DNA from: Mitosporidium daphniae
Taxonomy: Eukaryota
Assembly (NCBI RefSeq): GCF_000760515.2
Contig: NW_013546634.1
Location: 1-63,074, forward strand
Length of the DNA stretch: 63,074 bases
Direction: 5' to 3'
Shown piece after piece: positions 24,418 through 37,782 of the stretch (position 1 is the first letter of the stretch; every line of letters starts with the position of its first letter). Under the pieces are notes generated by a model. That model was given only the letters and a program-made list of their open reading frames with translations, did no database searches and was not told where the DNA came from. A program made the position numbers and the translations under genes.

Positions 24418-25960
24418 ATGGAGCCTACAGATGCACATGCTGCGTTGCAGCCTGCAACTCACGACGCTTCGTCGCTGTGCATATTGGGGGAGGGCGGACC
24501 TGCCAACAACGCAGTGCAGTATATGGCCTTTTTAATTGGTAGGATTCGTCCAAGGCCCTCTACCTGTTCATCGGCCCGTGCCGGCCCGCTTGCACAGCAG
24601 TTTTTAGCAGGATGCCCCACATGTGGACGCCCTTTTTTCGACGACCGCGCATATTCGGCATCTACGTTTGAGAGGAACTACTTTGGCACGCTTTTGAGGC
24701 ATTTGATAGGCACTTATGCGTAGGAAGCTCTTGCGCGGCGGTGCTCGGGATTCTCCGTTGCGGATTAGCTTTGAAACCGAAGTCGGATTGTCAGATTCAT
24801 CCTTCAACCAGGGCTACTATGCTCGGTTTTTTAGGGAGGGCAAGCGACTGGGGCATGGACTTCGTGGCACCGTCTTCATTTGGTTAGTCGATAGCCCCTG
24901 CTTATTTCAGTCAGCACGTGCTGGACGATGTGGAGCTTGGCATGTACGCAGTGAAGAAGATCCCAATCGGTATTCGCTGTTGAGTAATCAAAGGGAACAA
25001 CCACCGCTGGCTCGTGGCTATGCTCAACGAGGTCAATGCGTTGGAAAGGCTTTGCCATCCAAACATTGTCTCGTACAAGCACACATGGATCGAATATCAT
25101 CAAGTCTCTGATTTTGGTATCGCAAAGGCCATTTGGCTAACCATGTAGGCCCTGAAGTCCCCTCGCTTTTCATGCTAATGGAGCTGGCAACGGGCGGATC
25201 CATCGAGGACTGGCTTGTCAAAGTGAACTCCAATCAAAATCGCGAGGCAAAGGGAAAAGAACCCGCTCCAAGGCTCGATTCGCGCTTTTTCGAAGTGGCC
25301 TCCAGAATCATGATCGAGTTTGCCACCGGACTCGTCTACGTGCATTCGTGTGGGATCGTTCATCACGATTTGAAGCCCTCAAACCTGTTGCTTCTTGATG
25401 GATCGTCATGGCTGCACCCCGGTCGGCTCGTTATTAGCGACTTTGGTGAATGCTGCAGCTCCTCCAATTTCGGGGCCGCCTCTGATGCGTTCAAGGAAGT
25501 CTCGCCAGAATATGCGGCGCCCGAGGTTATCGCCTCGTTTCCAATTGAGATCAACGCGTCGTCAAGCCGCGCCTATATGGAAGCTGGAGACATTTGGTCT
25601 GCTGGGGTCATCATTTTCGAGCTGGTCACGGGGCAGTCGTTTAACTTGGTCCAGTGGGCAAAACACCCTCGACCGCCAAATGCAATCTCGTCGATTTATT
25701 GGGGAGCCATTTCGCAGTGTCTCTCTCTCGATCCAATGGATCGGCCTTGTGCTACCGAATTGCTTGCCCAGCTTATCGCTGCTCGAGGCGATGGGGTGCT
25801 TTTGAGGAAAGGTTCGCCACCGCTGCCTATTAGAGGGCTCTTAGAATACAATAAGAAGCCCCTTCTTTCCAGTAGAGGCCTGTCTTTGGGTTTCTTTGGT
25901 GCACTGGCCCTGGGGTCCGCTGCAGTCGCTCTGGCTCTTGTGTACAACTACATGTTGTGA
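24418..25960 (+). CDS. IKS1: Fungal IKS1-family Ser/Thr kinase
   Basis: N-terminal CPTCGRP...NYF, FNQGYYARFF, YAVKKIPIG, HPNIVSYKHTWIE, FGPEVPSLFMLME, HHDLKPSN, DFG, APE. C-terminal hydrophobic helix. Confidence 0.88.
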
Positions 25961-25978
25961 ATGGGAAGCGTGCAAAAA

Positions 25979-27293
25979 TTACAACGACCTTTTTATTTGG
26001 AGGAACCAATTGCGCATTTGGGTAATCTTGGCGGCAGGTAAATTGAATGCAGCATCGATGGCCGTCTAAATAAAAAATGGCGACTTACCAATGGGTGTTT
26101 TTCCTCACCGTTCGGTGAGCCGCTTTGAAGCAGGGAAAGCGCAGCCAAGGAATAACATGTGTGGTACAGATCGGGAGCCCTATGACATCAGTGATGGGCG
26201 CTACTTTGGAGGCTTGTCCCTGATTCCTCCGCTCGAACATTGACAGGCCTTGAGGAGGTAATTCCTCAGTAACCCAACATCGATATACTCCTTTGTGGGG
26301 CGGTTTAGCAGTAAGGGAATGGCTCCAACCCAGAATGAATAACAAGCATCGACAAGCTTGCCAGTTCTCCCTTGCAAACCACCAAGAAGGGTAGATTGCA
26401 GACCACAAGTCCAGGCCAGTAAACGCGTCATTTTTGATTCGGGCAACAATGTGTCGATTGACGCGGATGACAGTGTCCATCTGTCTATGATTACAAGAGC
26501 AGCTAGTCCACAGTATGTATACCCGCCATGGGCTTCGGTATGGCTCCATGGTATGGCACCGAAACCACCTTCGTACGACTGGGCCGAAATTATGGACTGC
26601 TGGATCCTCTCAAGCGAACAGGGGTCGTGGAAAAATTCCTTTTCCAATCCAAGCAAATGGATGATTGCAATTGCCGCATACACCGAACGGAGATCAGACT
26701 CACCGCCATCAAGATGAACAGAAAATACTCCTTTTTCTGGTGAAAATAGCCGAGAAAGCCATGCAAGTAGATTCTGGGTGTTGATTTTGGACCAATCGTC
26801 TGGACCGCCTATCAGAGCAAGTGAGCACAGCGAAGCAAAGGTTGTTAGAATGTGTGAGGAGGAGCAAGAAGAGGAGCCTCCATATGCGCCCTCTTGCTCG
26901 ATATAATATTCGTTGTGTAGTTGAGACAAACACCTAAGCAATAAAAGAAACGGCAACTCCATACAATTTCTTCACATTATCAGGAATTGGCATCTTTAAA
27001 AGCGTTAAAATTGACAGCGACCAATATAGCAGCCACGGTCTGCTAGTGTCTAATGCAATCGAGGCGAAGGGCAGCGAGTTTTTGAAAAGATTCAAGGCAA
27101 AGTTGACATGCCCCTCAGAGTTCAATTTTCCCGGACACTTGGACAAAAGGAAGGGTTGAATTTCTCTAATTGACGAGTTCTATGTAAAAGGCTATAAAAA
27201 TACAAGGAGGTGGGTTGAATCCTGGTTTTGCTGCAAAAACTCGTCAAAAGAATCCTGGTCACTTTCTAAAATGCTAGCTTCATTTGCATCCAT
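25979..27293 (-). CDS. RAM1: Protein farnesyltransferase beta subunit
   Basis: LDTSRPWLLYW, GESDLRSVY, EAHGGYTYCG, GRTGKLVDACYSFW, GGIRDKPPKAPDLYHTCYSL. Confidence 0.95.
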
Positions 27294-27370
27294 CTTGAAA
27301 AATTGTGTTTTAACCATAAAGTCGATATGAATGATATACAATGTATTAAGCTACTTTTGCATTTGCATGT

Positions 27371-27452
27371 GCTATCTTGGCCGAGTGGTCTAAGGCGTGT
27401 GACTTAAGATCTCATCTCTGTGGAGGCGTGAGTTCGAACCTCACAGATAGCA
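27371..27452 (+). tRNA. tRNA-Leu(TAA)
   Basis: GCTATCT/AGATAGC acceptor stem, GCCGAGTGGTCTAAGGC D arm, CTTAAGA anticodon loop (one U-U pair in the stem), long variable arm, GTTCGAACC, T6 terminator. Confidence 0.95.
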
Positions 27453-27507
27453 GTTTTTTACTTTTGAAGGCAACATGATACAAATTACACAGTGTCAATT
27501 TTAATAA

Positions 27508-28292
27508 TTAGCCACAGGTGATGGGTGGTGATATCACTTCGGAGTTATCCTAAGTCGAGCCAATTTGGCTCATTTCACCTTGTCGCTGCTCTATTTGGAT
27601 ATCTACAATATTTGAAGAAGGATCCTGTGATTTCTGGAAATGCTGTGTAAGAACCGTAGGAGAGATACTAATAACCCCTGGCGGGTAGAACCCAGGTGGC
27701 GTTGGATAGAGTATCGGTCCTAAGGCGGGGTTATTACCCTGAAGCATTCCATTAAGTAAAATACCGTCAGGATTGTTAAACGTTCCTGGGGGGAAAAACC
27801 CAGTGGAAATCGGAACTTGGCTCTAATGAAAAAGTACAAAAAGATTACCAATATTCCCCCGGAGTAAATAGGATCTCCCAATACATGGGAACCCCGGGGT
27901 CCGGTCACATTCCCGGCCTGGATGCCTTTAGGGCCCTGAACTAGCTCAAATTCAACCTTTTATAAGAGAAACGCAAGTTACCAACTCATGCTCGGTAAGA
28001 CTTTTGAACCCAAGGCCCTCAGTTATTATTGCCGAATGGTGAACAAAAACTATGACGAATAAAACCACGAATCTCTACTTTCCGAAGGCACAATCTTATA
28101 ATACAAGGAAAGATCCTCGGTGGGAATAATGAATCCATATCCCTTTTGGGTATTAAAGAACTTTACAAAACCGGAAAACCGAGGAGTGGGCTGCGTTTTT
28201 TCTACATAGCATTGTTCAGATTTGCTAGACATTGCAGCGGATATGTTTTCGTCAATCGATGGATTAACAGAAGAAGAGCAAGAGGCGACCAT
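27508..28292 (-). CDS. Cold-shock domain (Y-box/Lin28-type CSD) protein with Pro-rich tail
   Basis: GFVKFFNTQKGYGFI (RNP1), VFVHHSAI (RNP2), GFKSLTE..VEFELVQGPKGIQAGNVTGP. Short introns; the 3' exons are less certain. Confidence 0.88.
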
Positions 28293-28568
28293 TGAATGAT
28301 CAGGTAATTAAATGGGGAGAATTGTGATTAACAATAAATTTAAAGATTATCTACCGATTAGTAAACTTAATTTCTTGATACTGGAAGCTTCTCTATATAT
28401 GGCGTACGCATAGACAAAATGAGTCACTAAATCACCAAATAGGCTCCTATTGGAAGGAAACGGTCATATTGTCTGAAAGTTTATCAAAGAGGCCAAAATT
28501 TAAAATTTAGGCTGGGCGTGGCGTGGCGAATGTGTAAATGTAAGCTTGAAATTTTGAAGTTTACTTTA

Positions 28569-30194
28569 ATGCCCTCTTTTCCAGCATTTCCTTATTTCAG
28601 CAATTCATCGGCAGCACCGGCGTTTTTTGCGCCAGATGGCGTGCCTCCAAAGACCCATTTTGCACAGCAGCCCTCAAACATGGACGAACTTCATTCTGTG
28701 ATTATGCGGTTCCACCAATACCTGCGCTGCTACCGTGACGACAGGTACTGGCTGTGCCGTATTTAGTTCCCTTTTAGCGGGAGGACCATTTCTGAACAGT
28801 TTAAAAAGCTTCCATTGCGGGAAGAAGACCCAGAGTATTATGAAATCATCCGACATCCCATCTCGTTCCTGATGATCCGAAATCGGATCGACAAGCTGAA
28901 GTACACGTCACTCCATCAATGGCTTTCTGATGTGGAGCTGCTTTTGGCCAATGCTCGCGTGATTGCCTCAAAAAGACCCTCTGCCATAAATTCAGCTTTA
29001 ATGTTCAAGGACATCGATGCGCTACAAGTTAGCTACCCAATTTGCGTACCTGTTCAATAGAACCTGCTGGACGTCACCATTAAGCCACAATTATTGGGCC
29101 TCTCTGCTACTTCCGGCTCGCCTGCCCACAAAATCGACGTGGTCCAGCAAGCGCCATATCAATTTAATGTTATCGACGGGATGGGCCGGCTCCCCCTGGT
29201 AGGGCTCTGTGGATTTTAACTGTCAAGGTCCGTTTTGTACAGTCGCTAGAGATGCCAAATTCAAACACACAGCTGCATATTGGCGATTCGGTGTCCTTTC
29301 TTCTCCCATCATCTGATGGGTTTGGGGCCGGGCGGTTTGTCGGCTGGATTGTCAAGCTGTGGAAGTCATCGGCCGTTTCTGGATGTGTTGTTTCCATTCT
29401 GCTTCAGGTTTGGAAATGTGTTTTTAAGGTTAGACGGAGCAAGTTTCAATGGACGTCAGGCCACCTGCTTCTTCCGAAACGAAGGAACTTTTTGCGACAC
29501 CGATTTTAAAGCTGGTCCTTTTGTCTGCAATTATCCAGAAAGTTTCGATTTCGTTGTTTGGAGCACCGAACATTGTTCAGCAGGCAAATTCGTCCGGCAG
29601 CAATTTGTACCACTGCAGCTATTTATTTGACACCGGCTGCAACCGCGTATATCCTTGCAACTTTTCGGCAATGGCTCAACTGAAAGGTGCGACCGTGTTA
29701 TCCGAAAGGAGAGACGACACCTTTTCCATTCTTCCGTCCCTGCAGAACTCTCTTCAATCGAGGAAGCGTGTCGGGGAAAGTATCAAAGTTGGATGCACGT
29801 TTTCAACGGCCTGCTCGCGGTACGTTTGGCTTGCCCGTTTACTTTTTCCAGGACGTTTAATTTGCTTGAAGGATTGTGCAGACATGCTTCGGACCACATC
29901 ATCCAGCTGCCAGAGCTTTTATCTTCCGGCATGGCGACGCCAGCGAAATCGGCATTTAGGCAGATTTCAGAGCCGTTCCAAATGCATGTCAACACCCACT
30001 GCCAAGCTTTTGAAAGTGCACACGCGGTGATGCCGAATCTACCTGCGGAGCTGGCATCTTGTTTTTCCAGAGACAAGGCGGGAAACGTTGTTTGGTACCC
30101 CACACCGCCCATCAATCCTGTTCAAAAGGAGGCTCCTGTGCACTCTGCCGACTACATTTTGTGGAAAGAAAATTTGCAATCTGTTAGCCGATAG
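28569..30194 (+). CDS. Bromodomain/BAH chromatin remodelling subunit (RSC1/RSC2/polybromo-like)
   Basis: FKKLP..EDPEYYEIIRHPISFLMIR...DVELLLANA bromodomain, BAH-like LHIGDSV, C-terminal FSRDKAGNVVWYPTPP...HSADYILW. Confidence 0.8.
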
Positions 30195-30267
30195 CAGCGG
30201 GTGGGGCTGGGATAAATTTCGATTTATTAAATTCTTGTAAAATATTCGCCTCACTTGAGAGGAGCTC

Positions 30268-31695
30268 TTAGCTGTTGTTGCTGAGATCATACAGGGTGCT
30301 CAGGGCGGACTCGATGTTTCTTACAGCATTGAAATCCATGCCCATGTGATGGATGTATTCGTCATCTATCTCCTGTGGCAGGCGAAGCTTTGTAACATCC
30401 TGCCTATCGAGGGAGTCTGGGTTTCTACCCTCAATAAGCGCCTTGTCAAAGGAGAACATCTTTTCAAAAAAATTGGCATCCCTGACTTGAAGGGCAGACT
30501 GGGGCGATCCAACTATTGCGTCGAGGATCGAGTATGCCAAAGCCACGGCTGACTTGTTTGCCGAAAATACGGCGCTCGAAATAAGAGTCCCATTTGACCC
30601 AAGCAGAAAAGTTGCTGAAAAGTTGAATTTTGAAACTTCATTTCTCTCTGAAGTAATTACGGTCCTCGAACTAGGCGCGTTGACATCAGACGCAACGCTG
30701 CCATTTTGAGAATTCAAATCGGGCCCAAAAGAAGTCGTCGCCGCGAATGGGCGAGAAGCCGGCCCGGATCGGGCCGAGGGTTCTTGATATCTATAGCAAA
30801 GCTGAAGAGGATCCAAAACGGAAGAAACCGGCGTGTTAAATGGGGCCAGTATATAATTTCGGTTGATGTTTGGGTTCGTTTCCGAATCGAAAGCATAGAA
30901 GAACGACTTGTTGTTTTTCAATTGAAACGAATACCAGACTTTGTCCACATAAGCATGATGCAGATAGAAAAGAGGGTCGTTTGGCGAATACATTGTCCGC
31001 ATATCACCGCCGATGTTTATATGCGGAGCTGCATGTGGAGTGGATTCAATGGCCTGTCTGAATGCATCGAAATCGTTTGATTGCGAAATAATCAATGCCA
31101 AAATAACGGGGGCAACAAATGAGGAAATCTTGGTCCCTCCGTTGAAAGAGCGCGCAAGACAGTGGGTTTGTGGAATGGACACATTCCAATTGGCATATGG
31201 CCCTGTACTAAGACATCCCCCGTTAGATGGATCCCCATTTCCTCCAAAATAGGCATCGCTGAAAACGATCGATTGCTCCGGCGCTTGAGAGTCAATGGAC
31301 CAATCCTACAATTAAAATTAAAATTAAACACAGCAAACCCAATATGGAATCGTTATAGTGGGGTCGATTTCTCGGAGAATATTCTCCACGTACCAGACAA
31401 AGTACCTATGCCACGGCAGAAATGCTGGCAATCTAACGGAAATCAGCACCACTTGTTACCCATGAGCAAACGGCACATTTGACAGGTGTAAATTGGTCAC
31501 CAAGTCCCATGTGGAGCGCATTTGGCCCGCCGTTCTTGTATTTAATGTCTTGATGGCAGCATGCAGCCGGCTTAATTCGTCAGGAGAAAGATCCCTAATT
31601 TCCTTTCTAACTCTAATTTCTGCACAGGCCTCAATCAAATTCAAGCAGAGAATCAAAGAAACTCCAAGCAAAACGGCCAAATAAACCTCTTTCAT
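30268..31695 (-). CDS. Secreted tyrosinase (type-3 dicopper protein)
   Basis: Signal peptide, RVRKEIRDLS, CuA H...AHGLPAFLPWHR, IPYWDW, CuB PHAAPH...SPNDPLFYLHHAYVDKVW. Confidence 0.93.
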
Positions 31696-31873
31696 GGCGA
31701 AAAATTAATTCGGGCGCGCCATCATTGCATGAACAAAAACGGAAACCGGAATTGGAATTCTTAAATTTTACTCCGCAATTAAGCTCGCCGTGCAAGGAGA
31801 GGGGCGCACCAATCAAATGACAAGCCACCATTACATTCTTCTGGGGACGGCTTTACATTTAGATAGTTTACTC

Positions 31874-33101
31874 TCAAAAAATGGGCACATACTTGTTAAT
31901 GGTTGCCCTCTGCTTGTGCGCAATGCACTCGGCAATCCAGAGGATGTTTCTAATTTCCTGCTCCTTGAGCTTACAAAACGAGTAGAAATTTGCATAGTGG
32001 AACTGCCCAAAAAAGGAAAATCGATGCAATTCTACCTCCATGGCATAGAGAAGATCATCCATCGATGCGGAGGGACGATTCGCGTCCGATGTGCCTCCAA
32101 AATCGAACGAATTTGCCGATTTCAGCGAGTCTACCACTTTCCTGAACTCTGGAAATGCAGAAAGGGCGGACTGTATATCCGAAATTTCTTCTGCATTTGA
32201 GAGCTTTGCACTGACCTCAAAAGTTCCGAGCTGCCCAAGCCCCGGAAAAAGAGCCAGCTTTTCATCTGGAGACAGGCCGGTTTTGATAGAATTGACGGCA
32301 ATTTCTATCGTGGCTCGGTCAGACTCAAACTCCAGCAACTTTTTCATCTGCGCTCGAGTTACACTGTCCATTTCGGAGGCTTTTGAGCTGGAGTTGCCCC
32401 CCTAATATTTACCGCAATCACACCATACTGGAACGGGACCGACGGAAAACGAGTAAAAGTCTTCCAAATACGCCTTGTACAGAACGTTTCTGATTATTTG
32501 CAGGTCCTTATCGTTCAGGTCTTTTGCAGATACGCACAGTTCAAAGTATGGTGCTACGGGTTAGTGCAACCAAACGGATCCAACCTAACGGGGTGGCAAT
32601 AAGCACGGTCTGATACAGCTCGAACGGGTTGGTGCTTGTCGTTAATGCCTCAATGCCGTCAAACATACCAATTGGGTGGCATTTTGACAGCAGCTCGGAG
32701 ATGTCTCTTTCGTGCAGGGTGCCCGAAATTATAAGAATCACATTGTCGATCATGTAGCCATAGCTAAAGATAACAAGCGATGGCAAACCTAATGTAATCC
32801 AGAAGCTTGGAGAGACATCCTGACGAATTGAGTCGGATAAATTCAAACTGCTCGTAGTAGAAATCCAGACACCTTTGGTAGATGCCCGAAGTAGTAAGAG
32901 GCTGAGAATCCTGCTGGAAGTATGGAGCATAATCGGTGGCCAGCATTTGTATCCTAAGCTCTTATTATGAATTGAAGCATGCAAACCCTCCAAATTGCTG
33001 CATTGGATTAGCGACGAATACTGGCGCTTTGTAATTAGCCCCAACTTGTACCCGCGAATGATGCCATCGATAAATCCGCTATCAATATTGTAGGTAAGCA
33101 T
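31874..33101 (-). CDS. VMA6: V-ATPase V0 subunit d
   Basis: [56 protein letters not shown]. Confidence 0.96.
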
Positions 33102-33197
33102 TGAGCTAGCAAAGTTGGAAAAAATTAAATTTTTATTTGGCGAATATTTTTTATATGCCCGAGTGATCAGGTCCATCCAAGTGGTCTTGTGTGGCGG

Positions 33198-34892
33198 TCA
33201 TTTTCGATGCGCAACAGAGCTCGGCTTGAAGTGAGCAACGCTTGCCGTTTCGTCGACATCAATAGACTTTTTTCTTGGTTCCGGCCTGAGCTTTTCTTTG
33301 AGGATTGATATAAACAATGGTCTTTTCATAAACGGAACCCGGTCTTTTCCCAAGATGCGCTCGTACTCGTCCTACAATCAAAGAATGAGGATCATACCTT
33401 GTCCCAAAGATCCAAATATGCATATCCTTTGAACGACCCGTTTGGATTGCATACAAGCCTGAGATCCTTTATCGAGACAATGCCTAGCTCCTATTGTTGT
33501 AAATGGGCATGGTAGTACCGAATTCAAAAATGAAATGAGCTGGGGCTTTTCCATCGAAAATGGCAGATTGGATAGGAATGCAGTGTAAATGCCTTGCTTT
33601 CCATCGGGACTATGTTGAGTTTCAACGTCCATCAAAGCAGACGGCTCATGATCGCCACGGTGTTTCGGCAAAGTAGACTCGACATGATCTTTGTGGGTTT
33701 GTTCAGCGTCGTGGGTTTTTTGGTCGTCATGAGTTTCTTGATCGGCATTTTTCTCGTGTGAAGCGGGTCCCTTTTGATGATCCCGAAATTCCAGCAACGG
33801 GGGCCGTTTTCCCTCATCCTGATGGGCTGCTTTTTTAAACTTGTCTTGGTTTTCACGGTCTGATTTTCTCTTTTGCGATTTTCGCTCTTTCTGGCGATCT
33901 GCAAGAACCCTGCATCTGCAATCTATCAGCAGCTCCAAATCATCTCCAAACGTCCGCTCCCAGTTAACCCATTCCGATACCAGCTTCTCTTTATCGGCAG
34001 ATTCGACGTTCGAGATAGCCCTTTTGTAGAGCGATCTTATTTTTTGGTTGTTTGGATCGTAAACTCTAAAGTTGTGGTAAAGAAAACTCGAGTACCTCTC
34101 CATGCCAATGTAATCGAGCCATGTGGTGATGCTCTTTGATTCTCTTTTGCACCGCAGTATTGTATCTTCAAACAAAGTTCGTATGTGGGACACATCCACC
34201 ATACATGGTGCACCCTTTTGCGCCAAAAGCAGCCAGATCTTTCTTTTTTCAAGCTGATAAAATGATGGCGAATGCGCCGAAAACAGAGCGCTAGACCCGT
34301 ATGGAAAAGAAATGCCATCCGCTATCGGCTTACTATGAGGATCAGCACTTGGCATCCTAAACCGCTTCAGCTCAATCATTTTGTCGATGTATGAAATGGC
34401 AGTTTCGAGCGAAAAAACCTTTCGATTCGACATTCGTATCAGAAGATCCACAACGGCATCATACGTTGTTATCAGGGAAGAGATTAAATCAGGTGTCGAA
34501 TAGACATCTGACAGCTTGTCAATAACCTTTGTGATCATCGCAAGGTCAAATGTTAACTTTGATCGCAGCTCTATCAGCTCAATTTGCAGTATCCACAAAT
34601 ATACATTGGTTGGATGGAATTCCAAGGCACGATGGGAAATATCTTGCAAAGCCTCATATCCAGAGAACCCCTCTTTCAAGCAATACTGGTAATAGTCGAC
34701 CCAAACCAAGACATCTTCGCCAAGGTCGTTGGCCCTTTTTTCGTAGATCGATATGATCACTTCCCTTGGAGATTTTTTCTTTTTTTCATAAGATAAATAC
34801 CACGAATATACATCATTGAGCTCCTCAGAGAGCTCTGCATCGCAAAGCGTATCCTTTGCCTTTACAATTCTGGCCTCAAACGCGTTGGCCAT
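33198..34892 (-). CDS. HAT-repeat plus RRM protein, SART3/Prp24-like
   Basis: HAT repeats (IYEKRA..VWVDY, WLDYIGMER, RSLYKRA, WVNWERTFG) and an RRM (TAFLSNLPF, FKGYAYLD). Confidence 0.8.
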
Positions 34893-34905
34893 TAAAATTT
34901 AAAAT

Positions 34906-37555
34906 TTAAATTTTATTGTTGAACGAGTTGGTCTCCACATTTTTTTCGCGTTCTTTGTTGCCGCTCTTGTTTTGAGTCTTTGTCGGGGTGGCATAGCAAA
35001 TGGGAAGTGCTGGATTCCATGCTTTTGGTTGGCCTGTGACATTTGTGCCGGTGTTTGCCTGATTCGCCCCTGATGTTTGAGGATTAAAGGTGCTCTTAAA
35101 CGATTTCGGGGGGTTCGCATCGTTTGGTTTGGGAGATGCACTTGAAAGACTTCCGGTGGGTTTTATGCTCCCAGAAATATCTTTGTTTTGGCTGCCCCCG
35201 ATTGCCTTGCAAGTGACATTGGCATCTTGGCCTTTTACAGCGCTATTTTGTGCCGATAAATGCCTATAATGAAGCGCACTATTGTACTTTTGCAGTTCGG
35301 TTGCCTCCAACTTTCTTGAATAATTAAAATCCAATGCTTCCGACTCTAACATTTTCAATTGATGCACCAAGTTGGCCAGGACGCTCTTTTTTTCGCTAAT
35401 TGTACTTTGCAGGGGTTGGAGTTTGGAATATGTCGATTGCAGAAGGTCGATTTTTTGAACGAGCCCTAGTCCGCTAGGCACTTCCGTGTCCTGTAGCGCC
35501 TATGGAATTTTAGTGCTCCACGCATACTTTCATCTGACTCAACAACACGTGAATCTTATGTGTGGCGGTTGAAATCATCGAAGAATGGTCGCCGTATTTT
35601 TCCAGCGATTTTTCTATCAACTCGTCCTGGTCCCTTCGGGAGTTGAGCTTCTGTAGCTCATGGTTTAGGTCATCTTCTTGTGAGATGCTCTTGATTTTTA
35701 AAACAAGCGACGTTCTTTCTTCAAGTAGCTTTTTAATCTCCGATATTAAAGGGTACGCTTGCAACTTTGACTGCTGCAAAAGAAGCATATTTCCTGCCTT
35801 CGAATATGCTTGCACGTTTGAATCCAACAGGGAAGACAAATCTGAATCTCGAAGCTGATTGAAGGCGTTTCCAATGTCCAACATCGAAAAATCCAACTGC
35901 TGACACGCCGAAAAAAGGCCATCTAGTTGTAAATTCATGGAGACATTGATATTTGAAGAGGGCTCCCTGATCCATTGATGCTTGTGTTGCTGTCTCAGCA
36001 GCATGTCTTCTTTTTCTTCATCTGAAATCACCTGCTTGATCTGGCAATAATCGACCCACGGCTTACCGTTGACATGCGGGCAAAACAAGACCTTAGTGCT
36101 GAGAAAATGCTGTCCCTTTCAAGCTCAAATGCTTTCGCCCCGGTTTTCACGTCGACATACATTTTCTCCAGGTTTTCCAGCACTTCGGGATTGCTGTACA
36201 ACTTTTCGTACAAATTCAAGTTGCTACTTTTAAAGGAAAACGCGCCGTACCACCTGATGGACTCTTCACTCTCATTGACATTTGAAGTCGCCAGTGAAAT
36301 GATATTTTGCTTCTTCTTTGAATACATGTCAGACAGCAGTTTGATGCCATAGGGAAGCAGAGAGCGAAAAAGCCCCAGTTCTGCTTTATTGCTTTGCAAC
36401 AAGAAGGCTGGAAAACTGGAAACAGCCAATGTGGCTCTTGGAAGAATCGATAAGGAATGATACTCGGGCACCCTTTCGTGATAAATGGTGCTATTGTCTT
36501 TGGTGGCCGATTTCAGCGCAAGCTCAACCCGGCGCAAGTAAATAAGAACTTCGTCAGAAAATTCCAGTGGAAATAGCTTTACACTTTCTTTTGCCTTTCT
36601 TGCAAGGTCAAACGACAGACCCAACCTTGCAACCTCCTCGCCATAATGGGACGTTTCATGGAGCTCCTGGGATTTATAGAACTGCGCAAGGCTAAAATAA
36701 AGCAGGGATTTCGCTCTGATTCGCTCAAGAAACGTCTCTCCGTAGCATAAATCCAGGGGCGGAATGGTCAGATCTTCATATGCCGACTCATAATAATCGG
36801 CCGTGGACACCGCTATTTTCAGCAGCAACGCGGTCGTGGATGAGTCTGTGGAAAATAGCGTCAAATACCTTGTAGAGCCTTTTTGTAAAAGCATTCTTGG
36901 GCCAATGAAAGCATCAGCTTATAAAGGCCACAAAGCGACTTTATGGACAGGTCGCAACACTCGGGGGCCGCATATTCGCCTGCATACTTATCCGCTATGT
37001 GCTGCAGGATCCCGGCAGCGGCCTAAATCAAACATCAAAGCAATACTGAAAAATGAGAGCAAGCGATCTTAATGCCATCTGAAGATATGGAATGCAGGCT
37101 GCTCTGCCCCATTTTGTAATAAACAATGGCGCAATTGTATAAAACAGCCGCCTTTTCAAATTCAATTGCATTGGAAGAAACTACAAACGTCAGTCTGCAA
37201 ATGGGCGCTACTGATTCGCCTGTCTTTTGGCATTGCATTGAGCCAGACAAAGCCGATTTTGACCTAAAATATTGGCAAACATCGTACCCCAGTTGCTCGT
37301 ATCGGAAACTTTGGCTCGATCTCGTTGAGCGAGCCATAGTATCTATCGGTTTTGAAATGCCAATTACTTTGACAAGACCTGCAGGCTGGCTGTGGTTGCA
37401 TCGAACGCCGAAATGGCATCCCTCCTAAGGGCCTCGAGCACGCCAATGTCTGTGGAAAATTTTTCTGCATCGTCCCTGTAATAATTTGTGATGAACGACC
37501 GCAAGGGGCGCTCAAGCGAAACCAAATCAGCATGCTTCAATTCCAAACTAAACAT
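34906..37555 (-). CDS. BRO1: BRO1/Alix-family ESCRT-associated protein
   Basis: FEKAAVLYN, YGEEVARL, ATKDNSTIYHERVP, followed by V-domain coiled coils. Confidence 0.88.
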
Positions 37556-37782
37556 TTGCCAAAAAATGTTTGATGCTTTAAAATGGCAAATGGGATGATC
37601 AGTGCCCAGTGCATTTGGGTTGAAATTTTATTTGCAGCGGTGGCAATAAATTTGCCAATGTCGCATTTCAAGGTGTAAAAGTGCGGCCCAAAATATAAAT
37701 TTGCTCCATTGGTCGAATTGTTTCATCAAGACATGATGGCAAGGCGTGGCTTTGTGGCGAGCCCGCATCTTTCTTCGGCCGT

